A stretch of DNA of 26,369 bases from a virus (Duplodnaviria > Heunggongvirae > Uroviricota > Caudoviricetes): the IMG/VR virus record IMGVR_UViG_2660238444_000003, positions 1-26,369 of that record. The stretch is one strand, 5' to 3'. The stretch's first letter is position 1. Each line of letters starts with the position of its first letter. The notes under the pieces are model-generated. The model was not told the DNA's origin, did no database searches, and was given only the letters and a program-made list of their open reading frames with translations. The translations under genes were made by a program, and so were the position numbers. Below are positions 16,670 to 25,602 of the stretch, one piece after another.

Positions 16670-16882
16670 ATGGACACCGTTAACGGAATATGTTCAGACG
16701 CACCGCGTGCCAAAAAATGTAAATGCGGAAAATCACCGACAATATTCGACATGGAGAACGGATGCCAAATCTACTGCGCTAACCATGCTGCTGTGGCGGC
16801 CGCGAATTATCGCAGTGCGGTAACGGAGTGGAATAACCTGAAATCTGTTAGAGAGGGAAGTCATGAAAAAACTAACCTTTGA
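16670..16882 (+). CDS. Hypothetical Cys-rich small protein
   Basis: 70-aa ORF with CKCGK...C..YC..H spacing suggestive of a zinc ribbon; GAGGGGG upstream. Confidence 0.5.
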   Translation: MDTVNGICSDAPRAKKCKCGKSPTIFDMENGCQIYCANHAAVAAANYRSAVTEWNNLKSVREGSHEKTNL

Positions 16883-17303
16883 AATTCGATCTCCAGTACA
16901 TCAGCAAAACGCTATTCACGCAGTACAGCAAATCCTTCCAGACCCAACAAAACCAATCGTAGTAACCATTCAGGAGCGCAACCGCAGCTTAGACCAAAAT
17001 CGGAAGCTTTGGGCTTGCCTTGGTGACGTCTCTCGTCAGGTTGAATGGCATGGTCGCTGGCTGGATGCAGAAAGCTGGAAGTGTGTGTTTACCGCAGCAT
17101 TAAAGCAGCAGGACGTTGTTCCTAACCTTGCCGGGAATGGCTTTGTGGTAATAGGCCAGTCAACCAGCAGGATGCGTGTAAGCGAATTTGCGGAGCTATT
17201 AGAGCTTATACAGGCATTCGGTACAGAGCGTGGCGTTAAGTGGTCAGACGAAGCGCGACTGGCTCTGGAGTGGAAAGCGCGATGGGGAGATCGGGCTGCA
17301 TGA
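16863..17303 (+). CDS. ninB: NinB recombination protein
   Basis: MKKLTFEIRSPVHQQNAIHAVQQILPDPTKPIVVTIQERNRSLDQNRKLWACLGDVSRQVEWHGRWLD... near-identical to lambda NinB as recalled. Confidence 0.9.
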   Translation: MKKLTFEIRSPVHQQNAIHAVQQILPDPTKPIVVTIQERNRSLDQNRKLWACLGDVSRQVEWHGRWLDAESWKCVFTAALKQQDVVPNLAGNGFVVIGQSTSRMRVSEFAELLELIQAFGTERGVKWSDEARLALEWKARWGDRAA

Positions 17304-17827
17304 CTATCAAATCAAATACGCCAGCACACGACAAGGACTGCTGGCAAACGCCGCTTTGGCTTTTTGATGCACTGGATATTGAGTTTGGATTCTGGCTGGA
17401 TTCGGCAGCGAGCGACAAAAATGCTCTGTGCGCTCACTGGCTGACTGAGGCCGACGACGCGCTCAATTCTGAGTGGGTAAGCCACGGTGCAATCTGGAAT
17501 AACCCACCGTACAGCAATATCAGGCCGTGGGTGGAAAAAGCCGCTGAGCAGTGCATACAACAGCGACAGACGGTAGTGATGCTTGTGCCAGAGGATATGT
17601 CAGTCGGATGGTTCAGCAAGGCTCTGGAGAGTGTCGACGAAGTTCGCATCATCACTGATGGACGGATTAATTTTATCGAACCATCGACAGGGCTGGAGAA
17701 GAAGGGAAACAGTAAAGGCTCAATGCTGCTGATTTGGCGACCGTTCATCAGTCCTCGACGGATGTTTACTACCGTATCCAAAGCGGCATTGATGGCGATC
17801 GGGCAGGGCGTCAGGAGGGCGGCATGA
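17300..17827 (+). CDS. Phage Dam-type DNA N6-adenine methyltransferase
   Basis: 175 aa from ATG at 17300; NPPY catalytic motif (IWNNPPYSN); in the nin region between ninB and ninE. Confidence 0.78.
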   Translation: MTIKSNTPAHDKDCWQTPLWLFDALDIEFGFWLDSAASDKNALCAHWLTEADDALNSEWVSHGAIWNNPPYSNIRPWVEKAAEQCIQQRQTVVMLVPEDMSVGWFSKALESVDEVRIITDGRINFIEPSTGLEKKGNSKGSMLLIWRPFISPRRMFTTVSKAALMAIGQGVRRAA

Positions 17828-18000
17828 GGCGACAGCGACGAAGTATCACCGACATAATCTGCGAAAACTGCAAATACCTTCCAACGAAACACTCCAGAAA
17901 TAAACGCAAGCCAATCCCAAAAGAATCTGACGTAAAAACCTTCAACTACACGGCTCACCTGTGGGATATCCGGTGGCTAAGGCATCGTGCGAGGAAATGA
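17824..18000 (+). CDS. ninE: NinE protein
   Basis: [58 protein letters not shown] matches lambda NinE as recalled; ATGA overlap with the upstream stop. Confidence 0.8.
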   Translation: MRRQRRSITDIICENCKYLPTKHSRNKRKPIPKESDVKTFNYTAHLWDIRWLRHRARK

Positions 18001-18356
18001 CAATGGATTATTCACAGTTAAGTGATTTTGAAATTAACAAGCGAGTGGCAATTTGCTGTGGATTTGCTCCCGAAGATTGCGAAATCGCAAAGTTGGGAAC
18101 ATCAATCGTTGGTGTTGAGTGGGATGACGAAACTGGTTATGCAATAAAAACGGTTGATTACTGTAAAAGCCCATCAGACGCAGAGCCGATTATCGTAGAG
18201 AACAGAATTGGCATTATTCCAGCGCCAGAAAATGGATTATGGAAGGCAGCGCATAGAAAAGTTGGCAGTGATAGTACCCCATATCATATGACTCAAGATG
18301 AAAACCCACTCCGCGCCGCCATGATTGTCTTTCTCATGATGCAGAGAATCCAATAA
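17997..18356 (+). CDS. Hypothetical nin-region protein
   Basis: 119 aa from ATG overlapping the ninE stop; no motif recognised. Confidence 0.55.
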   Translation: MTMDYSQLSDFEINKRVAICCGFAPEDCEIAKLGTSIVGVEWDDETGYAIKTVDYCKSPSDAEPIIVENRIGIIPAPENGLWKAAHRKVGSDSTPYHMTQDENPLRAAMIVFLMMQRIQ

Positions 18357-18532
18357 TGCTTAGCCCATCCCAATCCATTCAATACCAGAAAGAAAGCGTC
18401 GAGCGGGCTTTAACGTGCGCTAACTGCGGTCAGAAGCTGCATGTGCTGGAAGTTCACGTGTGTGAGCACTGCTGCGCAGAACTGATGAGCGATCCGAATA
18501 GCTCAATGTACGAGGAAGAAGACGATGAGTGA
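18356..18532 (+). CDS. ninF: NinF protein
   Basis: 58 aa [58 protein letters not shown], matches lambda NinF as recalled; below the ORF-track cut-off. Confidence 0.75.
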   Translation: MLSPSQSIQYQKESVERALTCANCGQKLHVLEVHVCEHCCAELMSDPNSSMYEEEDDE

Positions 18533-18737
18533 TTACCTGAAATGGTATCTCTGCCACCGCTGGTTAATTAAGTTTGCTGTAAAAGACTGGATGACAGCGG
18601 ATGCCAACAAGCTTAAGCAACGAAAGGACTATTACTACGCCAGAATGAAGGAAAACTACTGCTCAATTCGCACTCGCATATTTATTAAAAAAGACCTTCA
18701 GTCAATTCTTCAATTGCGAGGGAAGGTAAATGGCTAA
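18525..18737 (+). CDS. Hypothetical nin-region protein
   Basis: 70-aa ORF, start overlaps the ninF stop; end overlaps the next gene start. Confidence 0.5.
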   Translation: MSDYLKWYLCHRWLIKFAVKDWMTADANKLKQRKDYYYARMKENYCSIRTRIFIKKDLQSILQLRGKVNG

Positions 18738-19020
18738 CCTACGCAAAGAAGCATGCGGCAGAGAATGCCAGGTACGTATTTACGGCGTATGCAATGGTAA
18801 TCCTGAAACCACAGTTCTGGCACATTACCGGATGGCTGGAATTTGCGGAACTGGAATGAAGCCTGACGACCTGATCGGCGCATGGGCTTGTAGCGCGTGT
18901 CACGATGAAATCGACCGACGCACCCATAATCTCGACAACAAAGACGCCAGGCTTTACCACCTCGAAGGCGTGATCAGGACGCAGTCGATACTGCTGAAGG
19001 AGGGGAAGATTAAGTCATGA
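18730..19020 (+). CDS. YbcO-like (DUF1364-type) Cys-rich protein upstream of rusA
   Basis: 96 aa with Cys/His clusters (CGRECQ...C...C...WACSACHDE); same size and position relative to rusA as ybcO of the DLP12 prophage, as recalled. Confidence 0.6.
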   Translation: MANLRKEACGRECQVRIYGVCNGNPETTVLAHYRMAGICGTGMKPDDLIGAWACSACHDEIDRRTHNLDNKDARLYHLEGVIRTQSILLKEGKIKS

Positions 19021-19379
19021 GCGAATATCAGTTTGTGCTTCCATACCCGCCGTCGGTGAACACCTACTGGCGAAGACGGGGAAGCCAATACTACATCAGC
19101 GATAAAGGCCAGAAATACCGAAAAGACGTTCAGCAAATCATCCGCCAACTTAAGTTAGACATTTTCACCAAATCACGACTCCGCATCAAAGTCATCGCAG
19201 ACGTTCCAGACTCCCGCCGCCGCGACCTCGACAACATCCTGAAAGGTTTACTCGACTCCCTTATCCACGCCGGATTTGCGGAAGACGACGAGCAATTCGA
19301 TGACATTCGCGTAATTCGTGGCGTGAAAGTACCAGGCGGAAGGCTTGGAATAAAAATCACCGAACTGGAGAACGCATGA
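19017..19379 (+). CDS. rusA: RusA Holliday-junction resolvase
   Basis: 120 aa; ...DSRRRDLDNILKGLLDSLIHAGF...GGRLGIKITEL matches the RusA catalytic core (RRRDLDN, GGRL). Confidence 0.85.
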   Translation: MSEYQFVLPYPPSVNTYWRRRGSQYYISDKGQKYRKDVQQIIRQLKLDIFTKSRLRIKVIADVPDSRRRDLDNILKGLLDSLIHAGFAEDDEQFDDIRVIRGVKVPGGRLGIKITELENA

Positions 19380-19564
19380 ACGCCACAATTCAAACGATAC
19401 CAGAGCTTCTTATCCAGACACGAGGCAATCAGACTGAAGTGGCAAGGATGCTTTCCTGCGCAAGAGGAACAGTGCTCAAGTACAACCGAGACAGCAAAGG
19501 CGAGCGTCATGTAATAGTTAACGGCGTCCTGATGGTCAAACAGGGCAAGAGGGGAAGACGATGA
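19376..19564 (+). CDS. ninH: NinH-like protein
   Basis: 62 aa; TIPELLIQTRGNQTEVARMLSCARGTVLKY...VNGVLMV resembles lambda NinH (TIPDMLVEAYGNQTEVARRLKCSRGTVRKY). Confidence 0.65.
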   Translation: MNATIQTIPELLIQTRGNQTEVARMLSCARGTVLKYNRDSKGERHVIVNGVLMVKQGKRGRR

Positions 19565-20184
19565 GACTCGAAAGCGTAGCTAAATTTCATTCGCCAAAAA
19601 GCCCGATGATGAGCGACTCACCACGGGCCACGGCTTCTGACTCTCTTTCCGGTACTGATGTGATGGCTGCTATGGGGATGGCGCAATCACAAGCCGGATT
19701 CGGAATGGCTGCATTCTGCGGTAAGCATGAACTCAGCCAGAACGACAAACAAAAGGCTATCAACTATCTGATGCAATTTGCACACAAGGTATCGGGGAAA
19801 TACCGTGGTGTGGCAAAGCTTGAAGGAAATACTAAGGCAAAGGTACTGCAAGTTCTCGCAACATTCGCTTATGCGGATTATTGCCGTAGTGCCGCGACGC
19901 CGGGCGCAAGATGCAGAGATTGCCACGGTACAGGCCGTGCGGTTGATATAGCCAAAACAGAGCAGTGGGGGAGAGTTGTTGAGAAAGAGTGCGGAAGATG
20001 CAAAGGCGTCGGCTATTCAAGGATGCCAGCAAGCGCAGCATATCGCGCTGTGACGATGCTAATCCCAAACCTTACTCAACCCACCTGGTCACGCACTGTT
20101 AAGCCGCTGTATGACGCTCTGGTGGTGCAATGCCACAAGGAAGAGTCAATCGCAGACAACATTTTGAATACGGTCACACGTTAG
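19561..20184 (+). CDS. Q: Late-gene antiterminator Q (lambda Q type)
   Basis: 207 aa MRLESVAKFHSPKSPMMSDSPRATASDSLSGTDVMAAMGMAQ... essentially identical to lambda Q as recalled; Cys cluster CRDCHGTG...CGRCKG. Confidence 0.92.
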   Translation: MRLESVAKFHSPKSPMMSDSPRATASDSLSGTDVMAAMGMAQSQAGFGMAAFCGKHELSQNDKQKAINYLMQFAHKVSGKYRGVAKLEGNTKAKVLQVLATFAYADYCRSAATPGARCRDCHGTGRAVDIAKTEQWGRVVEKECGRCKGVGYSRMPASAAYRAVTMLIPNLTQPTWSRTVKPLYDALVVQCHKEESIADNILNTVTR

Positions 20185-20226
20185 CTGCATGATTGCCACG
20201 GATGGCAACATATTAACAGCATGATA

Positions 20227-20255
20227 TTGACTTTTTGAATAAAGTTGGGTAAATT
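20227..20255 (+). promoter_or_regulatory. Late promoter PR' (-35 TTGACT, 17-bp spacer, -10 TAAATT) with overlapping qut region
   Basis: ttgactttttgaataaagttgggtaaatttgac closely resembles the lambda PR' sequence as recalled. Confidence 0.65.
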
Positions 20256-20291
20256 TGACATCAACGATGGATAAATGCACTCGTTAAATAA

Positions 20292-20327
20292 AGCCCTGAG
20301 TTAATAGCTCGGGGCTTTTTGTGTTTT
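20292..20327 (+). terminator. Intrinsic terminator downstream of PR' (tR'-equivalent)
   Basis: agccctgag / ctcggggct stem (one G-U pair), 7-nt loop, then TTTTTGTGTTTT. Confidence 0.6.
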
Positions 20328-20465
20328 AAGCACGGCCTTTCTGAAAGCACATCAAACCAAATACCAGACAGACAAAAATAATCACCTTATCCGCTGTGGC
20401 TACGGTGCGGTGTGCTTTGCATAAAAGAAAACTAGCTCAATGTCTGGCTTCGTGAAAGCTGGTGA

Positions 20466-20498
20466 CAGGAGGTTGCGCTAACAACCTCCTGCCGTTTT
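20466..20498 (+). terminator. Perfect 10-bp stem hairpin followed by a short U-stretch, upstream of S
   Basis: caggaggttg / caacctcctg with loop cgctaa, then ccgTTTTg. Confidence 0.45.
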
Positions 20499-20618
20499 GC
20501 CCGTGCATATCGGTCACGAACAAATCTGATTACTAAACACAGTAGCCTGGATTTGTTCTATCAGTAATCGACCTTATTCCTAATTAAATAGAGCAAATCC
20601 CCTTATTGGGGGTAAGAC

Positions 20619-20942
20619 ATGAAGATGCCAGAAAAACATGACCTGTTAGCCGCCATTCTCGCGGCAAAGGAACAAGGCATCGGGGCAATCCTTGCGTTTG
20701 CAATGGCGTACCTTCGCGGCAGATATAATGGCGGTGCGTTTACAAAAACAGTAATCGACGCAACGATGTGCGCCATTATCGCCTGGTTCATTCGTGACCT
20801 TCTCGACTTCGCCGGACTAAGTAGCAATCTCGCTTATATAACGAGCGTGTTCATCGGCTACATCGGTACTGACTCGATTGGTTCGCTTATCAAACGCTTC
20901 GCTGCTAAAAAAGCCGGAGTAGAAGATGGTGGAGATCAATAA
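20619..20942 (+). CDS. S: Holin S (dual-start S107/S105 motif)
   Basis: [58 protein letters not shown]... matches lambda S; Met1-Lys2-Met3 dual start present. Confidence 0.92.
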   Translation: MKMPEKHDLLAAILAAKEQGIGAILAFAMAYLRGRYNGGAFTKTVIDATMCAIIAWFIRDLLDFAGLSSNLAYITSVFIGYIGTDSIGSLIKRFAAKKAGVEDGGDQ

Positions 20943-21402
20943 TCAACGTAAGGCGTTCCTCGATATGCTGGCGTGGTCAGAGGGGACTGATAACGGACGT
21001 CAGAAAACCAGAAATCATGGTTATGACGTCATTGTAGGCGGAGAGCTATTCACTGATTACTCAGATCACCCTCGCAAACTTGTCACGCTAAACCCCAAAC
21101 TCAAATCAACAGCTGCAGGCCGTTACCAGCTTCTTTCCCGTTGGTGGGATGCCTATCGTAAGCAGCTTGGCCTGAAAGATTTCTCTCCGAAAAGCCAGGA
21201 CGCTGTGGCATTGCAACAGATTAAAGAGCGTGGCGCTTTACCGATGATTGATCGCGGTGATATTCGTCAGGCTATCGACCGTTGCAGCAATATCTGGGCT
21301 TCACTGCCTGGCGCTGGTTATGGTCAGTTCGAGCATAAGGTTGACAGCCTGATTGCAAAATTCAAAGAAGCTGGCGGAACGGTCAGAGAGATTGAGGTAT
21401 GA
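20926..21402 (+). CDS. R: Endolysin R (lytic transglycosylase)
   Basis: 158 aa [51 protein letters not shown]... matches lambda R. Confidence 0.92.
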   Translation: MVEINNQRKAFLDMLAWSEGTDNGRQKTRNHGYDVIVGGELFTDYSDHPRKLVTLNPKLKSTAAGRYQLLSRWWDAYRKQLGLKDFSPKSQDAVALQQIKERGALPMIDRGDIRQAIDRCSNIWASLPGAGYGQFEHKVDSLIAKFKEAGGTVREIEV

Positions 21403-21836
21403 GCAGAGTCACCGCGATTATCTCCGCTCTGGTTATCTGCATCATCGTCAGCCTGTCATGGGCTGTTAATCATTACCGTGATAACGCCATGACCTACAAA
21501 GAGCAGCGCGATAAGGCCACATCCACAATCGCTGACATGCAGAAGCGTCAACGTGATGTAGCAGAACTCGACGCCAGATACACAAAGGAGCTTGCTGATG
21601 CTAACGCGACTATCGAAAGTCTCCGTGCTGATGTTTCTGCTGGGCGTAAGCGCCTGCAAGTCGCCGCCACCTGTGCAAAGTCAACGACCGGAGCCAGCAG
21701 CATGGGCGATGGAGAAAGCCCAGGACTTACAGCAGATGCTGAACTCAATTATTACCGTCTCAGAAGTGGAATCGACAGGATAACCGCGCAGGTTAACTAC
21801 CTGCAGGAATACATCAGGACGCAATGCCTTCGATGA
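21399..21836 (+). CDS. Rz: Spanin inner-membrane subunit Rz
   Basis: [34 protein letters not shown]... matches the lambda Rz N-terminus; ATGA overlap with R. Confidence 0.85.
   Translation: MSRVTAIISALVICIIVSLSWAVNHYRDNAMTYKEQRDKATSTIADMQKRQRDVAELDARYTKELADANATIESLRADVSAGRKRLQVAATCAKSTTGASSMGDGESPGLTADAELNYYRLRSGIDRITAQVNYLQEYIRTQCLR
21592..21783 (+). CDS. Rz1: Spanin outer-membrane lipoprotein subunit Rz1 (embedded in Rz, +1 frame)
   Basis: ORF wholly inside Rz; signal peptide with candidate lipobox (LLGVSAC) and Pro-rich mature region ([13 protein letters not shown]). Confidence 0.65.
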   Translation: MLMLTRLSKVSVLMFLLGVSACKSPPPVQSQRPEPAAWAMEKAQDLQQMLNSIITVSEVESTG

Positions 21837-22009
21837 TAGCGATAATTTTACTCATCATCCTTCACATCTGGCTCTGTAGACAGGGTGATGATCACTTCTG
21901 GAGTGAATCCAGATTAAACATCTCATTGCTGATGCTTGATATTGAGCATCTGGCGCGCGGTAAGGGGCTGCGTTGAGATAAGAGCCAGTCATTACAAATA
22001 CCAGGATTT

Positions 22010-22034
22010 AGCCTCGCATTTGCGGGGCTTTTTT
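22010..22034 (+). terminator. Intrinsic terminator-like hairpin downstream of the lysis cassette
   Basis: agcctcgca / tgcggggct stem followed by TTTTTT. Confidence 0.45.
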
Positions 22035-22182
22035 ACATCTGCAGTAAACCGCGCATCGCAGCGCGTAACAATCCCGAGTCTTTCAGAAAGCTGAGCCTGA
22101 GAATTGCCGTATATGGTGGCGACCATCTCGGGGACGGCTTTTCTGTGCGAACAGGCTCATCTTTCTAAAAGGTAAAGACGCA

Positions 22183-22725
22183 ATGAACTACCCAACCGTT
22201 GTTAACGATATAGATTTCAGAGACCTAATTTTTGTAGCAAACAACGATCCGGTTACAGATTCTTTTATGGTGGCAAAAGCATTTGGAAAGCTGCCGAAGA
22301 ACGTGGTTCGTGACATTGAACGAACCATAGAAGCTTGCCCTCCTGAGTTTGATACAAAGCTCAACTTTGAGCTTTGCTATAAAAACAATGAGTTACAGAA
22401 TGGTAAGCCGCAAAAATTCTACCGTCTCCGCAAGGATGGGTTGATGCTTTTGGTTATGTCCTACACCAAAAAAGAAGCAATGCGTATCAAAATTGCTTAC
22501 ATCAACGCATTCAACTGGATGTACGCCATGCTTCAGGTTGGTCATCGTCAATTTGAAGAAGAGAGAAATGCCGTAATGCTGGAGTACATGAAAGAGAAGG
22601 ATGTTGCCAGCATGTCAGGCCGCCTGCTTAATCGCTGGGGAAAAATTAAGAAGCCTCAGCTACTGGCGAGAATTGAACGCCTTGAACAGCACGGGCAAAC
22701 CGTAATCCCCGGACTCACCAATTAA
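22183..22725 (+). CDS. rha: Rha-family phage regulatory protein
   Basis: 180 aa; N-terminal FVANNDPVTDSFMVAKAFGKLPKNVVRDIERTI resembles the Rha domain as recalled; P22 carries rha at the same place (after lysis genes). Confidence 0.6.
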   Translation: MNYPTVVNDIDFRDLIFVANNDPVTDSFMVAKAFGKLPKNVVRDIERTIEACPPEFDTKLNFELCYKNNELQNGKPQKFYRLRKDGLMLLVMSYTKKEAMRIKIAYINAFNWMYAMLQVGHRQFEEERNAVMLEYMKEKDVASMSGRLLNRWGKIKKPQLLARIERLEQHGQTVIPGLTN

Positions 22726-22883
22726 CGGCAGTACAGCGAAACAACCCAAGCCAGAAAGTGGGGAAATAACACTGGCAGCCACTGAAAGATGAACCTCCAG
22801 CCTTATGGCAAAAAAGATTCTTTGTGGTGGCGGACTGATGGAAAGACATCCTAATCAAGCAACCACTCTACAGGGTCATAATT

Positions 22884-23255
22884 ATGAACGACCAGCAAAT
22901 CGAAAAAGAAATCGTTGAGAAAGGCAAAACGGCACCGCGCGTTACGCCAGACCATATCGAAGGCATTATTGCTCAGGAGGCATATTTCACAGCAGAGGAT
23001 GGTGCCTTTGGCAAAGCCATAAAAGCGAAACATACTGGCGGAGAGGTAAACTACCAGCCGCACGAATCACTTTCTCTGCTTACGTTCTGCGTCCTGGTGC
23101 TGCGCAACGGCTTCACCGTCACCGGAGAGAGTGCCTGTGCAAGTCCGGAAAATTTTGATGCAGAAATTGGTCGGAAGATTGCCCGGCAGAATGCTGTAAA
23201 CAAAATCTGGATGCTCGAAGGTTACTTGCTGAAGCAGAAGCTAAGCGAACAGTAG
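22884..23255 (+). CDS. Hypothetical protein
   Basis: 123-aa ORF between rha and terminase; no motif recognised. Confidence 0.5.
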   Translation: MNDQQIEKEIVEKGKTAPRVTPDHIEGIIAQEAYFTAEDGAFGKAIKAKHTGGEVNYQPHESLSLLTFCVLVLRNGFTVTGESACASPENFDAEIGRKIARQNAVNKIWMLEGYLLKQKLSEQ

Positions 23256-23358
23256 TTATTACAAAAGCCATTCCCTACAGAGTGGCTTTGATAATGGCTT
23301 ATACCCTACACGGGATAACTTAACTGATATCCCTTTTAACGGATAAACGGAGCCAACA

Positions 23359-23601
23359 ATGGCAGAGATTATTCCCATGACTGAAGAACAGAAATTCAAG
23401 TTAGAAATTTACCGACTGCTATCTAAGAACAATTCAGCGGCAGAGGAAGCTTTTGCATTCATTGGTGCTGACCAGCTGAAACTGGAATTGTTCAAGTTGC
23501 ACTACAACGATGGTGGTGCAAATCCAGACTTCACATCTCGCACTATCGAAGCGGTGCGTAAATCGAAGGAAGCGTTAGACCTGTTCACTACCGGAGCATG
23601 A
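23359..23601 (+). CDS. Hypothetical protein
   Basis: 80-aa ORF with AACGGAG 7 nt upstream; no motif recognised. Confidence 0.5.
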   Translation: MAEIIPMTEEQKFKLEIYRLLSKNNSAAEEAFAFIGADQLKLELFKLHYNDGGANPDFTSRTIEAVRKSKEALDLFTTGA

Positions 23602-23636
23602 TGCTCAACCTGAAATAACAACTAAGTGAGATGAAT

Positions 23637-24125
23637 ATGGCAGCACCAAAGGGCAACCGATTTTGGGTGGCCCGCAGTAGTCATGGGCGAAATCCTAAAT
23701 TCGAATCGCCTGAGGCGCTGTGGGCTGCTTGTTGTGAATACTTCGAGTGGGTGGAAGCTAACCCGCTATGGGAGATGAAGGCGTTCTCGTATCAGGGTGA
23801 AGTGATACAAGAGCCTATCGCCAAGATGCGAGCGATGACCATTACCGGCCTCACTCTGTTCATTGATGTGACGCTTGAAACATGGCGCACATATCGCCTG
23901 CGAGAAGATTTATCTGAAGTCGTTACGCGAGCAGAACAGGTCATCTACGACCAGAAATTCTCTGGCGCAGCCGCTGACCTTCTCAACGCTAACATCATCG
24001 CCCGTGATTTGGGCCTCAAAGAGCAGTCGCAAGTTGAAGACGTGACACCTGATAAGGGAGATCGCGATAAGCGGCGCTCTCGTATCAAGGAGCTATTCAA
24101 CCGTGGAACTGGACGCGATTCTTGA
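23637..24125 (+). CDS. Terminase small subunit (P22 gp3 type)
   Basis: [48 protein letters not shown]... matches P22 gp3 as recalled; second ATG of ORF 23631..24125 chosen on SD spacing. Confidence 0.8.
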   Translation: MAAPKGNRFWVARSSHGRNPKFESPEALWAACCEYFEWVEANPLWEMKAFSYQGEVIQEPIAKMRAMTITGLTLFIDVTLETWRTYRLREDLSEVVTRAEQVIYDQKFSGAAADLLNANIIARDLGLKEQSQVEDVTPDKGDRDKRRSRIKELFNRGTGRDS

Positions 24126-25602
24126 TAACCTGAGCGACGAAGAGCAAATCGAATTGCTCGAGCTACTCGAAGAAGAAGAGAACTACCGGAACACACACCT
24201 GCTATATGAATTTACGCCATACAGCAAACAGCGTGAGTTCATCGACGCCGGGCATGACTATCCAGAGCGCTGTTTTATGGCTGGTAACCAGCTTGGTAAG
24301 TCATTTACCGGTGCTGCCGAAGTCGCGTTTCACCTTACAGGGCGTTATCCGGGCACAAAAGGCTATCCTGCTGATGGTAAATATGGCGGTGAGTGGAAAG
24401 GTAAGCGTTTCTATGAGCCCGTTGTCTTCTGGATTGGTGGCGAGACAAACGAGACTGTAACCAAAACGACTCAACGCATCCTGTGCGGTCGTATCGAAGA
24501 GAATGATGAGCCTGGCTACGGTTCCATACCGAAAGAAGACATCATTAGCTGGAAGAAGTCTCCTTTCTTTCCGAACCTTGTTGATCATCTTCTGGTTAAG
24601 CATCACACGGCTGATGGCGTTGAAGATGGCATTTCAATCTGCTACTTCAAACCATACTCGCAAGGCCGCGCTCGCTGGCAGGGTGACACAATCCACGGCG
24701 TGTGGTTTGACGAAGAGCCACCATACAGCATTTATGGCGAAGGGCTTACCCGTACCAACAAATACGGGCAATTCTCAATTCTGACGTTTACCCCGCTGAT
24801 GGGAATGTCTGACGTTGTTACCAAGTTCCTGAAGAATCCCAGCAAGTCGCAGAAAGTGGTCAACATGACCATCTATGACGCTGAGCACTACACCGACGAG
24901 CAGAAAGAGCAAATCATTGCATCCTATCCCGAGCATGAGAGAGAGGCGCGTGCTCGCGGTATTCCTACGATGGGTAGCGGTCGAATCTTTCAGATACCGG
25001 AAGAGACGATTAAGTGTCAGCCGTTCGAGTGTCCTGATCACTTCTACGTAATTGGCGGGATGGATTTCGGATGGGATCACCCGCAGGCGCAGGTTCAGCT
25101 TTGGTGGGATAAAGACGCAGACACAATCTACGTTTCACGCGTGTGGAAGGCGAAAGAAAAAACAGCCGTTCAGGCGTGGGGAGCCGTTAAATCATGGGCG
25201 CATAAAGTGCCAACAGCATGGCCTCATGACGGAAACCAGCACGAGAAGGGCGGCGGTGAGCAGCTCAAAGGGCAGTATGCAGACGCTGGATTTATGATGT
25301 TGCAAGAGCATGCGACATGGCCTGATGGCGGTAACGCTGTTGAGCCAGGCATCACTGAATTGCGCGACATGATGCTTGATGGTCGCTTCAAAGTATTCAA
25401 CACCTGTGAGCCATTCTTTGAGGAGTTCCGCCTCTATCACCGTGATGAAAACGGGAAAATCGTCAAGCTTAACGACGACGTTCTCTCAGCCGTTCGTTAT
25501 GCATACATGATGCGCCGCTTCGCAAAAATGATGCGCGACATCAAAAAACCAAAAGAGAAAAAGATACCAGCCCCAATCAGGCCCATCGCACGGAGAACTT
25601 AA
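24103..25602 (+). CDS. Terminase large subunit (P22 gp2 type)
   Basis: 499-aa ORF overlapping the small subunit gene; ATPase then nuclease domain organisation; N-terminus [37 protein letters not shown]. Confidence 0.88.
   Translation: MELDAILDNLSDEEQIELLELLEEEENYRNTHLLYEFTPYSKQREFIDAGHDYPERCFMAGNQLGKSFTGAAEVAFHLTGRYPGTKGYPADGKYGGEWKGKRFYEPVVFWIGGETNETVTKTTQRILCGRIEENDEPGYGSIPKEDIISWKKSPFFPNLVDHLLVKHHTADGVEDGISICYFKPYSQGRARWQGDTIHGVWFDEEPPYSIYGEGLTRTNKYGQFSILTFTPLMGMSDVVTKFLKNPSKSQKVVNMTIYDAEHYTDEQKEQIIASYPEHEREARARGIPTMGSGRIFQIPEETIKCQPFECPDHFYVIGGMDFGWDHPQAQVQLWWDKDADTIYVSRVWKAKEKTAVQAWGAVKSWAHKVPTAWPHDGNQHEKGGGEQLKGQYADAGFMMLQEHATWPDGGNAVEPGITELRDMMLDGRFKVFNTCEPFFEEFRLYHRDENGKIVKLNDDVLSAVRYAYMMRRFAKMMRDIKKPKEKKIPAPIRPIARRT

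Noticed and set aside
17434-17958. 174-aa minus-strand ORF opposite the methyltransferase and ninE genes
   Set aside because: Antisense to two plus-strand genes with recognisable motifs (NPPY; NinE similarity) in a uniformly plus-strand operon.
20603-20827. 74-aa minus-strand ORF overlapping the holin gene
   Set aside because: Antisense to S, which matches lambda S essentially exactly.
21456-21748. Minus-strand ORFs 21456..21659 and 21548..21748 inside Rz/Rz1
   Set aside because: Antisense; the plus strand already encodes two overlapping genuine genes (Rz and embedded Rz1).
24206-25440. Multiple short ORFs on both strands within the large terminase gene (e.g. 24206..24460, 24301..24606, 24503..24784, 24775..25080, 25052..25297, 25192..25440)
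   Set aside because: All lie inside the 499-aa terminase frame, which is strongly supported; considered spurious.
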